64,000 nt of DNA from an uncultured Gemmatimonadales bacterium (GCA_963850905.1 CAWKMU010000003.1:1920001-1984000), one strand, 5' to 3'. Counted from the stretch's first letter, positions 1-12,387 are shown. Numbers and translations: made by a program. The notes: generated by a model not told the origin, from the sequence alone.

Positions 1-881
1 GTGCTCGTGCCTCGGGATTCACTCCTCGGGCTGAGCGGAAAGCTGCGCGCCCGCTTCGTGCTCGCGACGGAACACTCGCTCGTGCTCCCGATCCTTCGGC
101 ACTTCTTCGGTGACACGGCCGGGTCGCAGCCGGGAGTCTATTCCCTGCGGGACAGCCTGCTCGACGGCCACGCGTTCTCGCTCATTACACTCCTTCCCTT
201 CAGCAGCAAGGCCAAGGGGCGACTTGGGGTGTACCGGGTCGGGTGGTGGCCGGCTGAGCGGCACCGCCGCCGGTCGACAGCCTACGAGAACCCCACCGGC
301 TTTATTCGGGTGACCCCCGACAACCAGGACACGCCAGTCTCGGAGCATTTCCGGCTGCGCGATTTTCTGACGCACGACCAACAGGACGTGTGGCCGAAGT
401 ACATCGTTCTCCGCGAAGCCCTCGTGGATAAGCTCGAGCTCATCATCGACGATCTGGCCGCGCACGGCCATCCGGACGCCCACCTCGTCATCATGTCGGG
501 ATTTCGCACACCCGCGTACAACGCCACGGGCGTGGGGGGCCACGGCGGTCGTGCGCGCGACAGTCGCCATCAGTTCGGCGACGCGGCCGACATCTATGTC
601 GACAACGACGGCCACGGGGTCATGGATGATCTCAACGGCGACGGGCGCATCGACTCCCGTGATGCCCGGGTCTTGCTGGCTTCAGTCGATCGAGTCGAGG
701 CGGCCCACCCGGAGCTCATCGGTGGCGCTGGCGTCTATCGGGGCACGAAGGCGCACGGCCCGTTCCTCCATGTCGATGTTCGCGGCCAGGCGGTTCGATG
801 GTCGGTCGAGGAGCCGAAGCGCCGGAGGCCACGGACCTCGAAGAAGCAACCCACACGTGGCCACGGCCAGGGCGGGACTCA

Positions 882-885
<4 letters not shown>
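1..885 (+). CDS. Peptidase M15 family (YcbK/D-Ala-D-Ala carboxypeptidase-like) metallopeptidase, 5'-truncated by the window edge
   Basis: Motifs SGFRTPAYN, SRHQFGDAADI and FLHVDVRG match the M15 Zn-binding pattern (H-x6-D...HxD). Also contains DNDGHG/DLNGDG Ca-loop-like motifs. Confidence 0.8.
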
Positions 886-2964
<2,079 letters not shown>

Positions 2965-3099
2965 CAGCAGCAACGCGCGCGGGGCACATTCGGCCCGCGC
3001 TAGGAGTGCGCCGAGACCGCCGCGGGCGGCCGGGTGTGCCGATCGGTTCCCGCGCAGCTTGATCATCAACACCAGATCCCTCTAATCGGAGGCCTTCAC

Positions 3100-4584
3100 G
3101 TGGGATTAGGGACCACGAAGAGCATCGCCTCGTTGCAGGCGGAAGCCAGCGCGGGTGAAGGCGCCGGCGGGCTCCGCCGCGTACTGACGGCGACAAATCT
3201 CACCACGTTCGGAATCGGCGCGATCATCGGCGCGGGCATTTTCGTCCTGACGGGCACGGTGGCAGCGACGAACTCCGGCCCGGCCGTGGCGCTGTCGTTC
3301 GTGCTCGCCGGACTTGGCTGCCTGTTCGCAGGACTCTGCTACGCGGAGTTCGCGGCCATGATCCCGATTGCGGGGAGCGCATACACGTATGCGTATGCAA
3401 CGCTCGGCGAGTTCATTGCCTGGCTCGTCGGTTGGAACCTCGTGCTCGAGTACATGTTTGGCGCGTCTACGGTTGCCGTCGGCTGGTCGGGGCACTTCGT
3501 CAACTTCCTGCAGGGAGCGGGCATCCCCATCTCCGCCGGCTGGTCGCAGGCGCCGCTCACCTGGAATGCGTCGCTGAACCACATCGAGCGCGTGCCCGGC
3601 GGTGTCATCAACCTGCCCGCCGTGATGTTGGTGGCCGCGCTCACGGCGTTGCTGGTGATCGGCATTAAGGAGTCGGCTCGGTTCAACAACATCGTCGTGT
3701 TCATCAAGGTCGGCATCGTGGTGCTCGTGATTGCCGTTGGCTTTGCCTTCGTGAATCAGGCGAACTGGCATCCCTTCATCCCGGCGAACACCGGCCACTT
3801 CGGCGAATTCGGGTGGAGCGGCATCGCGCGTGGGGCAGGCCTGGTCTTCTTCGCCTATATCGGATTCGACGCCGTGTCCACGGCGGCGCAGGAGGCCAAG
3901 AACCCGCAACGCGATCTACCAATCGGGATGCTGGGATCGCTCGCGATCTGTACGGTGCTCTACATCCTCATGGCTCTCGTGATGACGGGCCTCGTTTCGT
4001 ATACACAACTCAACGTGCCCGCGCCGGTCGTCGTGGCGTTGGGTGCGGTCCCGTCCTTGACGTGGCTTCGGCTGTTGACCGATATCGGCGTGGTCGTTGG
4101 TCTGGCGTCGACAGTGCTGGTCATGCTCATGGGACAGACCCGTGTGGCATTCTCAATGTCCCGCGACGGGTTGCTTCCCCCCGCGTTTGGGCGCGTGCAT
4201 CCGAAGTTCGGCACGCCGTACGTGGTCACGATCGTCGTCGGAATCATTGGCTGCGCGTTGGCCGCGTTCTTCCCGGTGGGGCTGCTCGCAGAGCTCGTCA
4301 ACATCGGGACGCTGCTCGCGTTCGTCATCGTGAGCGCTGGCGTGTGGGTCCTGCGTGTGAGGAGCCCCAATCTGGCCCGGCCGTTCCGGACTCCGTTCGT
4401 CCCGGTCGTACCGATCCTTGGGATGGTGTTCTGCCTGGGGCTCATGTTCACCTTGCCGAGCCAGACATGGATTCGGCTGGCCATCTGGACAGTCATCGGA
4501 CTCGCGGTCTACTTCGGGTACGGGCGCCAGCATTCGCGTGCAGGCTCCATGGCGACTGCCGCCGCGCCGGTCGCTGCGGATTGA
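3100..4584 (+). CDS. APC-family amino acid permease
   Basis: GGAGG RBS before GTG 3100. GIGAIIGAGIF, CYAEFAAMIPIAGSAY, FFAYIGFDAV motifs; many hydrophobic helices. Confidence 0.93.
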   Translation: MGLGTTKSIASLQAEASAGEGAGGLRRVLTATNLTTFGIGAIIGAGIFVLTGTVAATNSGPAVALSFVLAGLGCLFAGLCYAEFAAMIPIAGSAYTYAYATLGEFIAWLVGWNLVLEYMFGASTVAVGWSGHFVNFLQGAGIPISAGWSQAPLTWNASLNHIERVPGGVINLPAVMLVAALTALLVIGIKESARFNNIVVFIKVGIVVLVIAVGFAFVNQANWHPFIPANTGHFGEFGWSGIARGAGLVFFAYIGFDAVSTAAQEAKNPQRDLPIGMLGSLAICTVLYILMALVMTGLVSYTQLNVPAPVVVALGAVPSLTWLRLLTDIGVVVGLASTVLVMLMGQTRVAFSMSRDGLLPPAFGRVHPKFGTPYVVTIVVGIIGCALAAFFPVGLLAELVNIGTLLAFVIVSAGVWVLRVRSPNLARPFRTPFVPVVPILGMVFCLGLMFTLPSQTWIRLAIWTVIGLAVYFGYGRQHSRAGSMATAAAPVAAD

Positions 4585-4668
4585 CCACCGGGCTAGCCTC
4601 GGCCCTGTGTTAGATTGAGGCGGCGCCCGCGGAACCCCGCGGGCGCCGCTCGCATTTTCGCCTGACTC

Positions 4669-5769
4669 ATGCCCGCGCATCCCTCTCCCAGCACGGCCGA
4701 CCTCCTGGCCGTCCCGTCACGGCGCCTCGGACCCATTTGCTCGCTGCTCGAGGTGCTGACCAGCGGCCGGTCCGTCGCGCTCTCGACGCACATCAACGCC
4801 GACGGCGACGGCTGCGGTTCGGAAGCTGCCCTGGCACGCCTCCTGGCGCAGGCGGGTCTGCGCCCCCGCATCGTGAATCCGACGCCCTGGCCCACTTCGT
4901 TCGATTTCCTGCTCGACAAGGACATCGACGATGCCACGGCGCGTGGGCCTGGGGCCCTCGCCGATCTGGATGTCCTGACCGTTGTCGACATCGGCGATGT
5001 GCGACGGCTCGGCACGTTGACGGACACGGTGCGTGGCATGACGGTGCCGAAACTCGTGATCGACCATCACGTGCCAGGTGACGAACCCCCGGGGCCGATC
5101 ATTTTGTCGGACACGACGGCATGCGCGACGGGTGAGTTGATTTTCGATATGGCCCTCACCGCGCGTTGGCCTATCTCGCACGCGACGGCGACGGCGCTCT
5201 ACACGGCGCTCCTGAGCGACACGGGCGGCTTCCGCTTCAGCAATACGTCACCCCGGTGCCATGCCATCGCGGGGTACCTCCTGTCGCTCGGCATCGACCC
5301 CGAGGACATGTACCGTCGCGTCTACGCGTCAATGCCGCTGGGACGCCTGCAACTGCTCCGCGAGGCGCTCGAGACGCTCGAGGTCGATCCGCAGTATGCG
5401 ATCGCCTGGATCTCCGTCTCAGCCGGCGCGGTCGAGCGGTATGGTCTCAAGTCGGAAGACCTCGATGGTATCGTCGAGCACCCCAGGTCGATCGCGGGAA
5501 CGCGCATGGCCATCTTCTTCCGCGACCTCGGCCACGGAAAGGTCAAGATTTCTTTCCGCAGCACAGGCGATGTCGACGTGAACAAATTCGCGCGGCAGTT
5601 CGGGGGTGGCGGCCACGCCAAAGCGGCCGGCGCGCTGATCGCTGGTGCGCTCCCCGAGGTGCGGAAGGACGTTATTACCGCAGCTCGTGAGTTCGTGGGC
5701 CCTGCACCAGCTGGCGGGAGGCCCGTCGATCCGTCGTCCATTTCCAACGACGGGGCGTTGGCGCTCTGA
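4669..5769 (+). CDS. nrnA: DHH/DHHA1 phosphoesterase (bifunctional oligoribonuclease/PAP phosphatase)
   Basis: HINADGDGCGS, IDHH, SDTGGF, SFRS, GGGGHAKAAG motifs. Confidence 0.92.
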   Translation: MPAHPSPSTADLLAVPSRRLGPICSLLEVLTSGRSVALSTHINADGDGCGSEAALARLLAQAGLRPRIVNPTPWPTSFDFLLDKDIDDATARGPGALADLDVLTVVDIGDVRRLGTLTDTVRGMTVPKLVIDHHVPGDEPPGPIILSDTTACATGELIFDMALTARWPISHATATALYTALLSDTGGFRFSNTSPRCHAIAGYLLSLGIDPEDMYRRVYASMPLGRLQLLREALETLEVDPQYAIAWISVSAGAVERYGLKSEDLDGIVEHPRSIAGTRMAIFFRDLGHGKVKISFRSTGDVDVNKFARQFGGGGHAKAAGALIAGALPEVRKDVITAAREFVGPAPAGGRPVDPSSISNDGALAL

Positions 5770-5795
5770 GTGCACGCCCCTAGCTTTCAAAATCC

Positions 5796-6086
5796 ATGAG
5801 TCCGGGCAAGAGGGCCGCTGTCGAGGAACGCATTCGCGGAGCGATTTCGCGGCTGCGGCCGCTGCTGCGGTTGAGCGATCCTCCCACAATCGATCTGGTG
5901 TCGTTCGATCCACGCAGCGGGCTCGCGATTCTGCGGCTCAGTGGCGGCTGTCCGGACTGCGAGATGCCCGTAGGCGCGCTGATGCAGGGCATCGCCGCGC
6001 ACCTAAAGTTACGAGTCCCCGAGATCCGAGAAGTGAGAGCCGAGTCGACCGACGACAGTGAAGCTGTCGGGCACGGCCACCCGTGA
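5796..6086 (+). CDS. NifU-like (Nfu) domain Fe-S carrier protein
   Basis: LSGGCPDC (CxxC) and GIAAHLKLRVPEIREV resemble the NifU C-terminal domain; adjacent to mrp. Confidence 0.8.
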   Translation: MSPGKRAAVEERIRGAISRLRPLLRLSDPPTIDLVSFDPRSGLAILRLSGGCPDCEMPVGALMQGIAAHLKLRVPEIREVRAESTDDSEAVGHGHP

Positions 6087-6092
6087 GGGGCG

Positions 6093-6965
6093 ATGGCTGA
6101 CGCGCCGATTAGCCCGCGTCGCCCGTTGCCGGTGATGGATCAGAAGCCGGCTGCCGCCCCACGGCCATCTGCGCCCACGCCCGTGGCGTACCCGCACCTT
6201 GGCCATGTGATCGCCGTATCCAGCGGGAAGGGCGGCGTCGGGAAGTCCACTGTGGCCGTGAACCTCGCGGTGGCGCTCGCTGCGAACGGCGCGCGCGTTG
6301 GTCTCATGGACGCGGACATCTATGGGCCAAACGTTCCGCGTATGCTCGGTGTGCACCACGCGCCTGAAGTGGACGAGAAGCGGAAGAAAATGGTTCCGCT
6401 GCAAGCGCACGGGCTCAAGCTCATGAGCCTCGGGCTGCTGATCGACAAGGACCAACCCGCGATCTGGCGCGGACCCATCGTGATGAAGATCATCGGCCAG
6501 TTCCTGGCGGATGTATTGTGGGGTGAGCTCGATTACTTGATCGTCGACATGCCGCCGGGCACCGGCGACGCGCAGCTCTCACTCGTGCAGTCCACGTTCG
6601 TACACGGGGCGATCATCGTGACCACCCCTCAAGAGGTCGCCGTCGGCGACGCTCTCCGTGGGGTGCGCATGTTCCAGCGCGTCAACGTCCCGGTGCTGGG
6701 CATCGTCGAGAACATGAGCTATCTCGAGTGCCAACACTGCGGCAAACCATCGCCCATCTTCGGGTCCGGCGGGGGCGAGCGCCTGGCGCGCGAGCTCGGT
6801 CTGCCGCTGCTCGCACGGGTACCGCTCGATCCTCGGATCGTCACCGGCAGCGATATGGGCCAGCCCATCGTTCTCGCAGAACCCACGGCGTCGGCAGCCA
6901 AAGCGTTCGCCATGCTCGCTCAACGCGTCGCCGACGCGTCCGTCGGCTCCCCGTCGACTGCATGA
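6093..6965 (+). CDS. mrp: Mrp/ApbC (NBP35) Fe-S cluster carrier ATPase
   Basis: SGKGGVGKST, DADIYGPNVP, WRGP, DMPPGTGD, ENMSYLECQHC. Confidence 0.95.
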   Translation: MADAPISPRRPLPVMDQKPAAAPRPSAPTPVAYPHLGHVIAVSSGKGGVGKSTVAVNLAVALAANGARVGLMDADIYGPNVPRMLGVHHAPEVDEKRKKMVPLQAHGLKLMSLGLLIDKDQPAIWRGPIVMKIIGQFLADVLWGELDYLIVDMPPGTGDAQLSLVQSTFVHGAIIVTTPQEVAVGDALRGVRMFQRVNVPVLGIVENMSYLECQHCGKPSPIFGSGGGERLARELGLPLLARVPLDPRIVTGSDMGQPIVLAEPTASAAKAFAMLAQRVADASVGSPSTA

Positions 6966-8404
6966 GATCGACGGCATCACGGGATCGGGTCCTTACCACG
7001 CGGCCGCCGGACGATGCTCCGGCGGCCGCGCTGCCGATGGACCCGTTTGATGGCACGGTCGCGATCGCGGTCACCGGCGAGTACGCGGTCTCGGGCGTCG
7101 TCCACGATCCGCTCTCACGCGTGATTTGGCGGGTAGGTGCGCCAGCGGTCGCGTCAAATCTTCTGATGATCGTGTTCGCGTCCGCTGATGCCTTCTGGGT
7201 CGGCACGCGCCTCGGTTCCGCCGCACTCGCCGCGGTCGCGACGTCGCTCTTCTGGATCTGGCTATTCATCTCGGTCGCCGAGATGGTGAGCGTGGGATTG
7301 ACAGCCGTCGCATCACGGCGTCACGGCGAGCGGCGACGTGAGGAAGCAGCACACGTCGTGGGCGATGCGCTGATCGTCGCGCTGCTCGTTGGAAGCGCGA
7401 TCGCGCTCGGAGGCACGTTGTTGCTGCCCCAGCTGCTCAACGCGATGCACATTCCACCGGCGGTGTCGACGTTGAGCACCGCGTATCTCGGCACGTATCT
7501 CCTTGGCATGCCGCTGATCTTCGTGTACTTCGCGGTCGATGCGGCGTTCCGAGCGTCCGGTGACACCCGCACACCGCTCGTGTTGCTGGCAGCGTCGGTG
7601 GCCGTGACCCTGGCCCTGGACCCTGCGCTCATCCTCGGAAAGGCGGGACTGCCCCGTCTCGGCATCACCGGCGCCGCTGTCGCCACGATCGCGACGCGAG
7701 GCGGCGCGAGCATCTTGGGCGTCTGGCTGCTCGCCCGCAGGGATATGGTCCGGTTCGGACGTCCGCGTCTCACGGCGGTGCTTCCCATCATGCGTGTCGG
7801 GATGCCGACCGCCGTCACTGGCGTGCTGTTCAGCGTGGTCTACGTTGCCGTAACACGCACAGTCACGCGATTCGGTACCCCTGCGCTGGCGGCTATGGGG
7901 CTTGGCTTCAGGATCGAGAGCTGGTTCTACATGGTCGGCGCGGGATTCGGTGCAGCGGCGGCAGCCATTGTGGGGCAAAATCTCGGGGCTCGTCAGGTCG
8001 CCAGAGCCTCGCGCGCCGGATGGCTTACGCTGGCGTACGCCAGCGCACCGGCGGTCGTCGCCGTCGCGATCGAGCTGCTCATTCCGCGCCAGATGGCTAG
8101 TGTGTTCACCGGCGACATTGCGGTCATTACGGAAACGGCGCACTACCTGCGTATCGCAGCGGTCGCGCAGCTCTTTACCGCGAGTGAGCTCGTGCTCGAG
8201 GGTGCGCTGGGCGGCGCCGGCTACACGGTGGCGCCAATGATCACGTCCACGTCGATCAGTGCGTCTCGGATTCCCTTGGCGCAGTGGGCGTCCCGCTGGG
8301 GGACCACGGGCATCTGGGCCGTGATCGCCACGACAGCTGCGGGGCGGGGAGTCGGGATGATGGCGTTGTGGCGCGCGGGCCGGTGGAAGACGCGAAACGT
8401 GTAG
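6962..8404 (+). CDS. MATE family efflux transporter (start uncertain, 6962 or 7036)
   Basis: ATGA overlap with the mrp stop. RASGDTRTPL, LGITGAAVAT and VGQNLGA MATE motifs; about 12 TM segments. Confidence 0.9.
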   Translation: MRSTASRDRVLTTRPPDDAPAAALPMDPFDGTVAIAVTGEYAVSGVVHDPLSRVIWRVGAPAVASNLLMIVFASADAFWVGTRLGSAALAAVATSLFWIWLFISVAEMVSVGLTAVASRRHGERRREEAAHVVGDALIVALLVGSAIALGGTLLLPQLLNAMHIPPAVSTLSTAYLGTYLLGMPLIFVYFAVDAAFRASGDTRTPLVLLAASVAVTLALDPALILGKAGLPRLGITGAAVATIATRGGASILGVWLLARRDMVRFGRPRLTAVLPIMRVGMPTAVTGVLFSVVYVAVTRTVTRFGTPALAAMGLGFRIESWFYMVGAGFGAAAAAIVGQNLGARQVARASRAGWLTLAYASAPAVVAVAIELLIPRQMASVFTGDIAVITETAHYLRIAAVAQLFTASELVLEGALGGAGYTVAPMITSTSISASRIPLAQWASRWGTTGIWAVIATTAAGRGVGMMALWRAGRWKTRNV

Positions 8405-8412
8405 AATACGTC

Positions 8413-9171
8413 ATGCCGACGACACGGCCGCTCGTGACTTTGCTCACCGACTTCGGCACTGCGGACGGCTACGTCGGCGAGCTCAAGGGCGTGATCACGT
8501 CAGGGGCGCCCGAGGCCGAAATTCTCGACATCGCACACGATCTGCCGCCGCAAGACGTCGATGGGGCTCGACTGGCTGTCGCACGCTACTGGCGCCGCTT
8601 CCCGGAGGGGACCGTGCATCTCGTCGTCATCGACCCGGGCGTCGGCACGTCGCGCGCTGCAATCGCCGTCGCGAGTACCGATCGATTCCTCGTGGGTCCC
8701 GACAACGGCGTCCTGTCCCCTGCGTTGCTCTGCCCGGGGGCCCGTGCCGTCACGCTCAGAGTGCCGCCCCACGCGTCGCCCACGTTTCACGGGCGGGACG
8801 TATTCGCGCCGGCCGCGATCGCACTGCTTCGAGGGACACCGCTCGTGCAGGTGGGTGACGCGCATCCAGCCCCCGTGATCCGGCGCACGCCCGAGCCCCG
8901 TCGCAGGAGCGACGGCGCGCTGGAGGGCGAGATCATCGCGGTCGATCGATTCGGAAACGCGGTCACGAACTGCGTCGCGCTCCACGACGGCAGCATCGAG
9001 GTCGTCGGCTTGGTGTTACCCCTCGTCCGCACCTACGGTGACGTCGCGCCAGGCGTCGTCGCCGCGTTGGTCGGGTCTAGCGGGTTGGTCGAGATCGCCG
9101 AGCGGAACGGGAATGCGGCCCGGCGTTTGGGTCTGAGGCCTGGGGTGCGGGTGTTGATGAGGAAGGCCTGA
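8413..9171 (+). CDS. SAM hydroxide adenosyltransferase (DUF62, chlorinase/fluorinase-like)
   Basis: LLTDFG, VIDPGVGTSR, GPDNGVL, SPTFHGRDVFAP, DRFGN motifs. Confidence 0.92.
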   Translation: MPTTRPLVTLLTDFGTADGYVGELKGVITSGAPEAEILDIAHDLPPQDVDGARLAVARYWRRFPEGTVHLVVIDPGVGTSRAAIAVASTDRFLVGPDNGVLSPALLCPGARAVTLRVPPHASPTFHGRDVFAPAAIALLRGTPLVQVGDAHPAPVIRRTPEPRRRSDGALEGEIIAVDRFGNAVTNCVALHDGSIEVVGLVLPLVRTYGDVAPGVVAALVGSSGLVEIAERNGNAARRLGLRPGVRVLMRKA

Positions 9172-9216
9172 GAAGCCGGGACTCCGGATTCGAATCCCAG
9201 AATCTTCGCCTTTCCT

Positions 9217-10239
9217 CTACTCCGCGGTCTTCCGATCAACCTCCACCGAGCCCAGCGCCGCCTTCGACCGAATGTGCAGGTGGTACACCGGGCTGCCCGG
9301 TTCGGGCACCGCCGGTCCGGCGGAGTTGTCCCACGAGCCGATCAGGGTCTTGTGTCCGGTTAGTGCGTCAACGGCTACACCTCGCGGGACGTGGATATGC
9401 ACTGCGCCGAGTGCAGCCTGCAGGTCGAGCGTGGCGTCACCCGTCCAGTGTCCGCCGAAGTCCAGGTCCACGTCGCTCGCGATGCCCTGCACCGTGACGT
9501 GCTGCACGTGCGCGTTGCCGAGGCCTTTCGCCTCGAACGACGCCGCGCCCACTTTGAGGTCGAGCTGCTCCAGCGGTACCGGATCCGGTGCGTTGAAAGA
9601 GACCGTCGCGTCCGCAGCGCCCGTTTGAATGGTCAGGTGGCGGACGCTCAGTCCACCAAGTTGCGCGGTCGCATCGGCCGCCCCGAACGCCAGGTCGAGA
9701 TCGAGCGGGACTTTGCGCGCGAGCGCGACGCGCAGATCATCAGCCGAGTGGTTGTGGTGATTACCGAAGTCGATGTTGATGTCGCCGTTCTTGCTCCCGC
9801 TCACGTTGAGCGAGCGCGCGCCTGGATCGTAGACGATTCTCGGGCTCTCGTGACCCGGGAGGTAGTTCATCCGCACGTTGTACAGCCACGGGCCGTCGAC
9901 AGGAAGGACCGAGAGCTCACCCGCGCCATAGGAGACGTGTACCTGGAGCGGCGTCGTGTCGCTGGCGCCCCGCAACATGCGCGCGACGTCCAGCGTGCGC
10001 TGTCCCCCGCCCGCGTGCGCGCCATGCTCGTCGTGGCTCGGCGTGTCGTTGGCGTCGTCGCTGTCGCTGTCGTCGTCCTTGTCCATCGTATCGTCGCTGT
10101 CCGCATCGGTAGAGTGCACCTTCGCGGGCTGCTGGGCGCCGAGCAGGCCGACGCCTGATAAGGGAAAGTGAGTCCAGTGCGGTAAGACGCCTGCCGTTGC
10201 GATGAGGCCGGCGATCATCGTGCGAGTCAAGCGAATCAT
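9217..10239 (-). CDS. Exported beta-solenoid protein (LiaF/DUF2154/toast-rack-like) with Asp/His-rich linker
   Basis: Signal-peptide-like N-terminus; repeated L-x-L-x-x-G-A beta strands; translationally coupled to the upstream gene in the ECF operon. Confidence 0.65.
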   Translation of the reverse strand: MIRLTRTMIAGLIATAGVLPHWTHFPLSGVGLLGAQQPAKVHSTDADSDDTMDKDDDSDSDDANDTPSHDEHGAHAGGGQRTLDVARMLRGASDTTPLQVHVSYGAGELSVLPVDGPWLYNVRMNYLPGHESPRIVYDPGARSLNVSGSKNGDINIDFGNHHNHSADDLRVALARKVPLDLDLAFGAADATAQLGGLSVRHLTIQTGAADATVSFNAPDPVPLEQLDLKVGAASFEAKGLGNAHVQHVTVQGIASDVDLDFGGHWTGDATLDLQAALGAVHIHVPRGVAVDALTGHKTLIGSWDNSAGPAVPEPGSPVYHLHIRSKAALGSVEVDRKTAE

Positions 10240-11741
10240 GAGGGTCTCCCCGGGCTCGTTGCGGCCGGCTCCGTACGGCGCGCTGCGGCAACGCCCGCAA
10301 CTGGCGTGGGCGTCTGCCACACCGTGTCGTCAATCGCCGTCTTGGACGCGGCGGCGGCGCGCGTCGCCTTCCGGACGTCGAACCGCCACAACACGACCGC
10401 ACCGAAGCCCACCGTAATCGCCACCACGGTGACAGCGACCGCGATGCTGCGGACCCCAAGCCCGAAGGTGGAGCTTGTGCCGACGAAAGCCGTCAGGACC
10501 CAAAGACCACCGTAGATCGACACGCCGGTGACGATCGCTCGGAGTTGCGCGCCGCGATGGGTCAGCGACCCCTGCGTGTGGGTGGGCAGAACTGTGGTGC
10601 CTGTCGCTTCGGCAATGGCGATGAAACCGAGTAACGCCGCACCGATAGCCATCGCGACATATGCAACGACCGCGAACGGCACCACGAGAATCCCGACGAC
10701 GGTGATCGTGAGAGCGAGCGTCATCAACGCCAGCACGGGAGCCAGCGCGACGGTCCCGGCAAATCCATACCAGGCGGACCGGCCGAATCGATCGGCCAGT
10801 GTCGCCGTGACGTGGTCCAGTTGCTCTTCCGCAAAAGTCAGAACGCCAATGCTGAGCATGAGGACGAGCGCCAACGCCATGAGCGCCATCCGCACGTTGT
10901 GCCAGCGGGAGTTGACCGGGCCAATGACGTGCGTACCGGCAGTGGCGGGGACTGGGCCGAAATCGCCGGTGAGCGATCGGACTTCGCCGTCGATCATGCC
11001 GCCGGTGTCGACATGGACCTCGCCGCCAGCTGCCAGCGCGTTGCCCGTGACGATTCCGCCTGGGTGGACCTGTACGTTGCCGTTGACGGCGATCGCGTCG
11101 CCGGTCACCGTGCCGTACACCTGTAGATCACCGTTCACGACCGCTGCGGTACCAGCGCGTTGACTGCCGGCCGGTACCGTGAGCGAGCCGGCCGTGAAGC
11201 TGTCGGCCGGGGGCATCGCGAGGGCTTCCGGATCTTGTCGGACGCGCTCGATCGCTGCGGCGAATGAGCTTCCCTGTGCGGTGGCAGTCCGCGCGTGTTC
11301 ACGCACCTGGCGGCTGAACGCACGCCAATCATGGCCAGGTGTCTTGGCCTCGCGCATCTGCCGCTCGACTGCGTTCAACGCCTGCCTGAGACTATCGACC
11401 CGCGCCTTGTGGGCGTCGGTGGGTTGGACCCCCTGGTCGGCTTCGGCGGTGCCCAGCTGTGCAGCGAGGCGGCCGAGAGAATCCGCCATAACGCCCATCG
11501 CCTGTCCGAGCGATTCACCCCAGCGCCCCATGGCCTGCCCGAACTCCGCAGCGGATTGCCCAGGCCCCGGGACCGCGGGGATCGGAGGGATGGCGGGAAC
11601 CACCACGCTGGGCGTCGGTGTCGGCGTGGGTGTCGGCGTGGGTCGCGGCGATGCGCCCGGCGCCGAACGTTGGGCACTCAAGGGGGCCGCGAAAGTCGCA
11701 ACCACGGCCATCGCTGCCAGGGAGCGAAGCACGGTCGACAT
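10236..11741 (-). CDS. Membrane protein with signal peptide, Pro/Thr linker, helical region, bactofilin-like beta-helix and C-terminal TM bundle
   Basis: Repeats GDLQVYGTVTGDAIAVNGNVQVHPGGIVTGNALAAGGEV, followed by several hydrophobic helices. Confidence 0.7.
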   Translation of the reverse strand: MSTVLRSLAAMAVVATFAAPLSAQRSAPGASPRPTPTPTPTPTPSVVVPAIPPIPAVPGPGQSAAEFGQAMGRWGESLGQAMGVMADSLGRLAAQLGTAEADQGVQPTDAHKARVDSLRQALNAVERQMREAKTPGHDWRAFSRQVREHARTATAQGSSFAAAIERVRQDPEALAMPPADSFTAGSLTVPAGSQRAGTAAVVNGDLQVYGTVTGDAIAVNGNVQVHPGGIVTGNALAAGGEVHVDTGGMIDGEVRSLTGDFGPVPATAGTHVIGPVNSRWHNVRMALMALALVLMLSIGVLTFAEEQLDHVTATLADRFGRSAWYGFAGTVALAPVLALMTLALTITVVGILVVPFAVVAYVAMAIGAALLGFIAIAEATGTTVLPTHTQGSLTHRGAQLRAIVTGVSIYGGLWVLTAFVGTSSTFGLGVRSIAVAVTVVAITVGFGAVVLWRFDVRKATRAAAASKTAIDDTVWQTPTPVAGVAAARRTEPAATSPGRPS

Positions 11742-12347
11742 CTAAGCGCGACCTCGGCGAGAGGTGGATACCACTAGGGATCGGACGGCGAGCCCAGCGA
11801 GCAGAACGAGCACGGCAAACGCACCGACGAACGCGAGCAACACGAGTGGCGAAGCGGTTCCCAGCGCGTCGACGGCCCGCGTGCCGAACAGCCCGGACAC
11901 GACTATGCCGAGCTGCTCAATGAGCGCATCACGCAGGCGGGCACGAGCCAGGGAGCCGAAGAAGAAGACACCTTCGATGTGTGTGCCGAGCCACACACAT
12001 ACGACCGACAACGCCAGGCCGACGGTAAGTGCGCCGGCGCCGGCCAGCGCTCGCAATGGGCGCGACTGTGGGACGAGTCGCTGCACCCATCCAGCCGCCG
12101 CGTCCCGCACCGCAACGTCCCAGGGCTCGTAGACATTCACATGGGCGACGACGTGGTCTGCAAACAGCGGCGACGGCGCGAGCCGTGGCAACCCCTCGAC
12201 GGCCTCAACCACTTGTCGCTCAGCCTCCAACTCCGCACGGCACTGCTCGCACTCCCGGACATGCGCCTCGAGCGGTGCGATCCCGAAGCCGGTCTCGCCG
12301 TCGAGGAGCTGGTCGATCTCGTCAGGAAGTAGGTGCCGGTGTTGCAT
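11742..12347 (-). CDS. Zinc-finger (ZAS) membrane anti-sigma factor
   Basis: N-terminal His plus HVRECEQC (HxxxCxxC), two TM segments, located downstream of an ECF sigma gene. Confidence 0.85.
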   Translation of the reverse strand: MQHRHLLPDEIDQLLDGETGFGIAPLEAHVRECEQCRAELEAERQVVEAVEGLPRLAPSPLFADHVVAHVNVYEPWDVAVRDAAAGWVQRLVPQSRPLRALAGAGALTVGLALSVVCVWLGTHIEGVFFFGSLARARLRDALIEQLGIVVSGLFGTRAVDALGTASPLVLLAFVGAFAVLVLLAGLAVRSLVVSTSRRGRA

Positions 12348-12356
12348 GGTGGTATC

Positions 12357-12383
12357 TACGGTGCGTGCGGGCTGAGGGTTTCA
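12357..12383 (-). promoter_or_regulatory. Putative ECF (SigW-type) promoter TGAAAC-N17-CGTA for the anti-sigma operon
   Basis: Minus strand reads TGAAAC cctcagcccgcacgcac CGTA gataccacc ATG(12347). Confidence 0.65.
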
Positions 12384-12387
12384 AGGG

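Noticed and set aside
8413..9171. Halogenase (fluorinase/chlorinase) biosynthetic cluster
   Set aside because: Motifs fit the widespread DUF62 SAM hydrolase, and there are no secondary-metabolite genes nearby.
11610..11645. (Pro-Thr)n DNA repeat
   Set aside because: Ordinary coding linker within the membrane protein.
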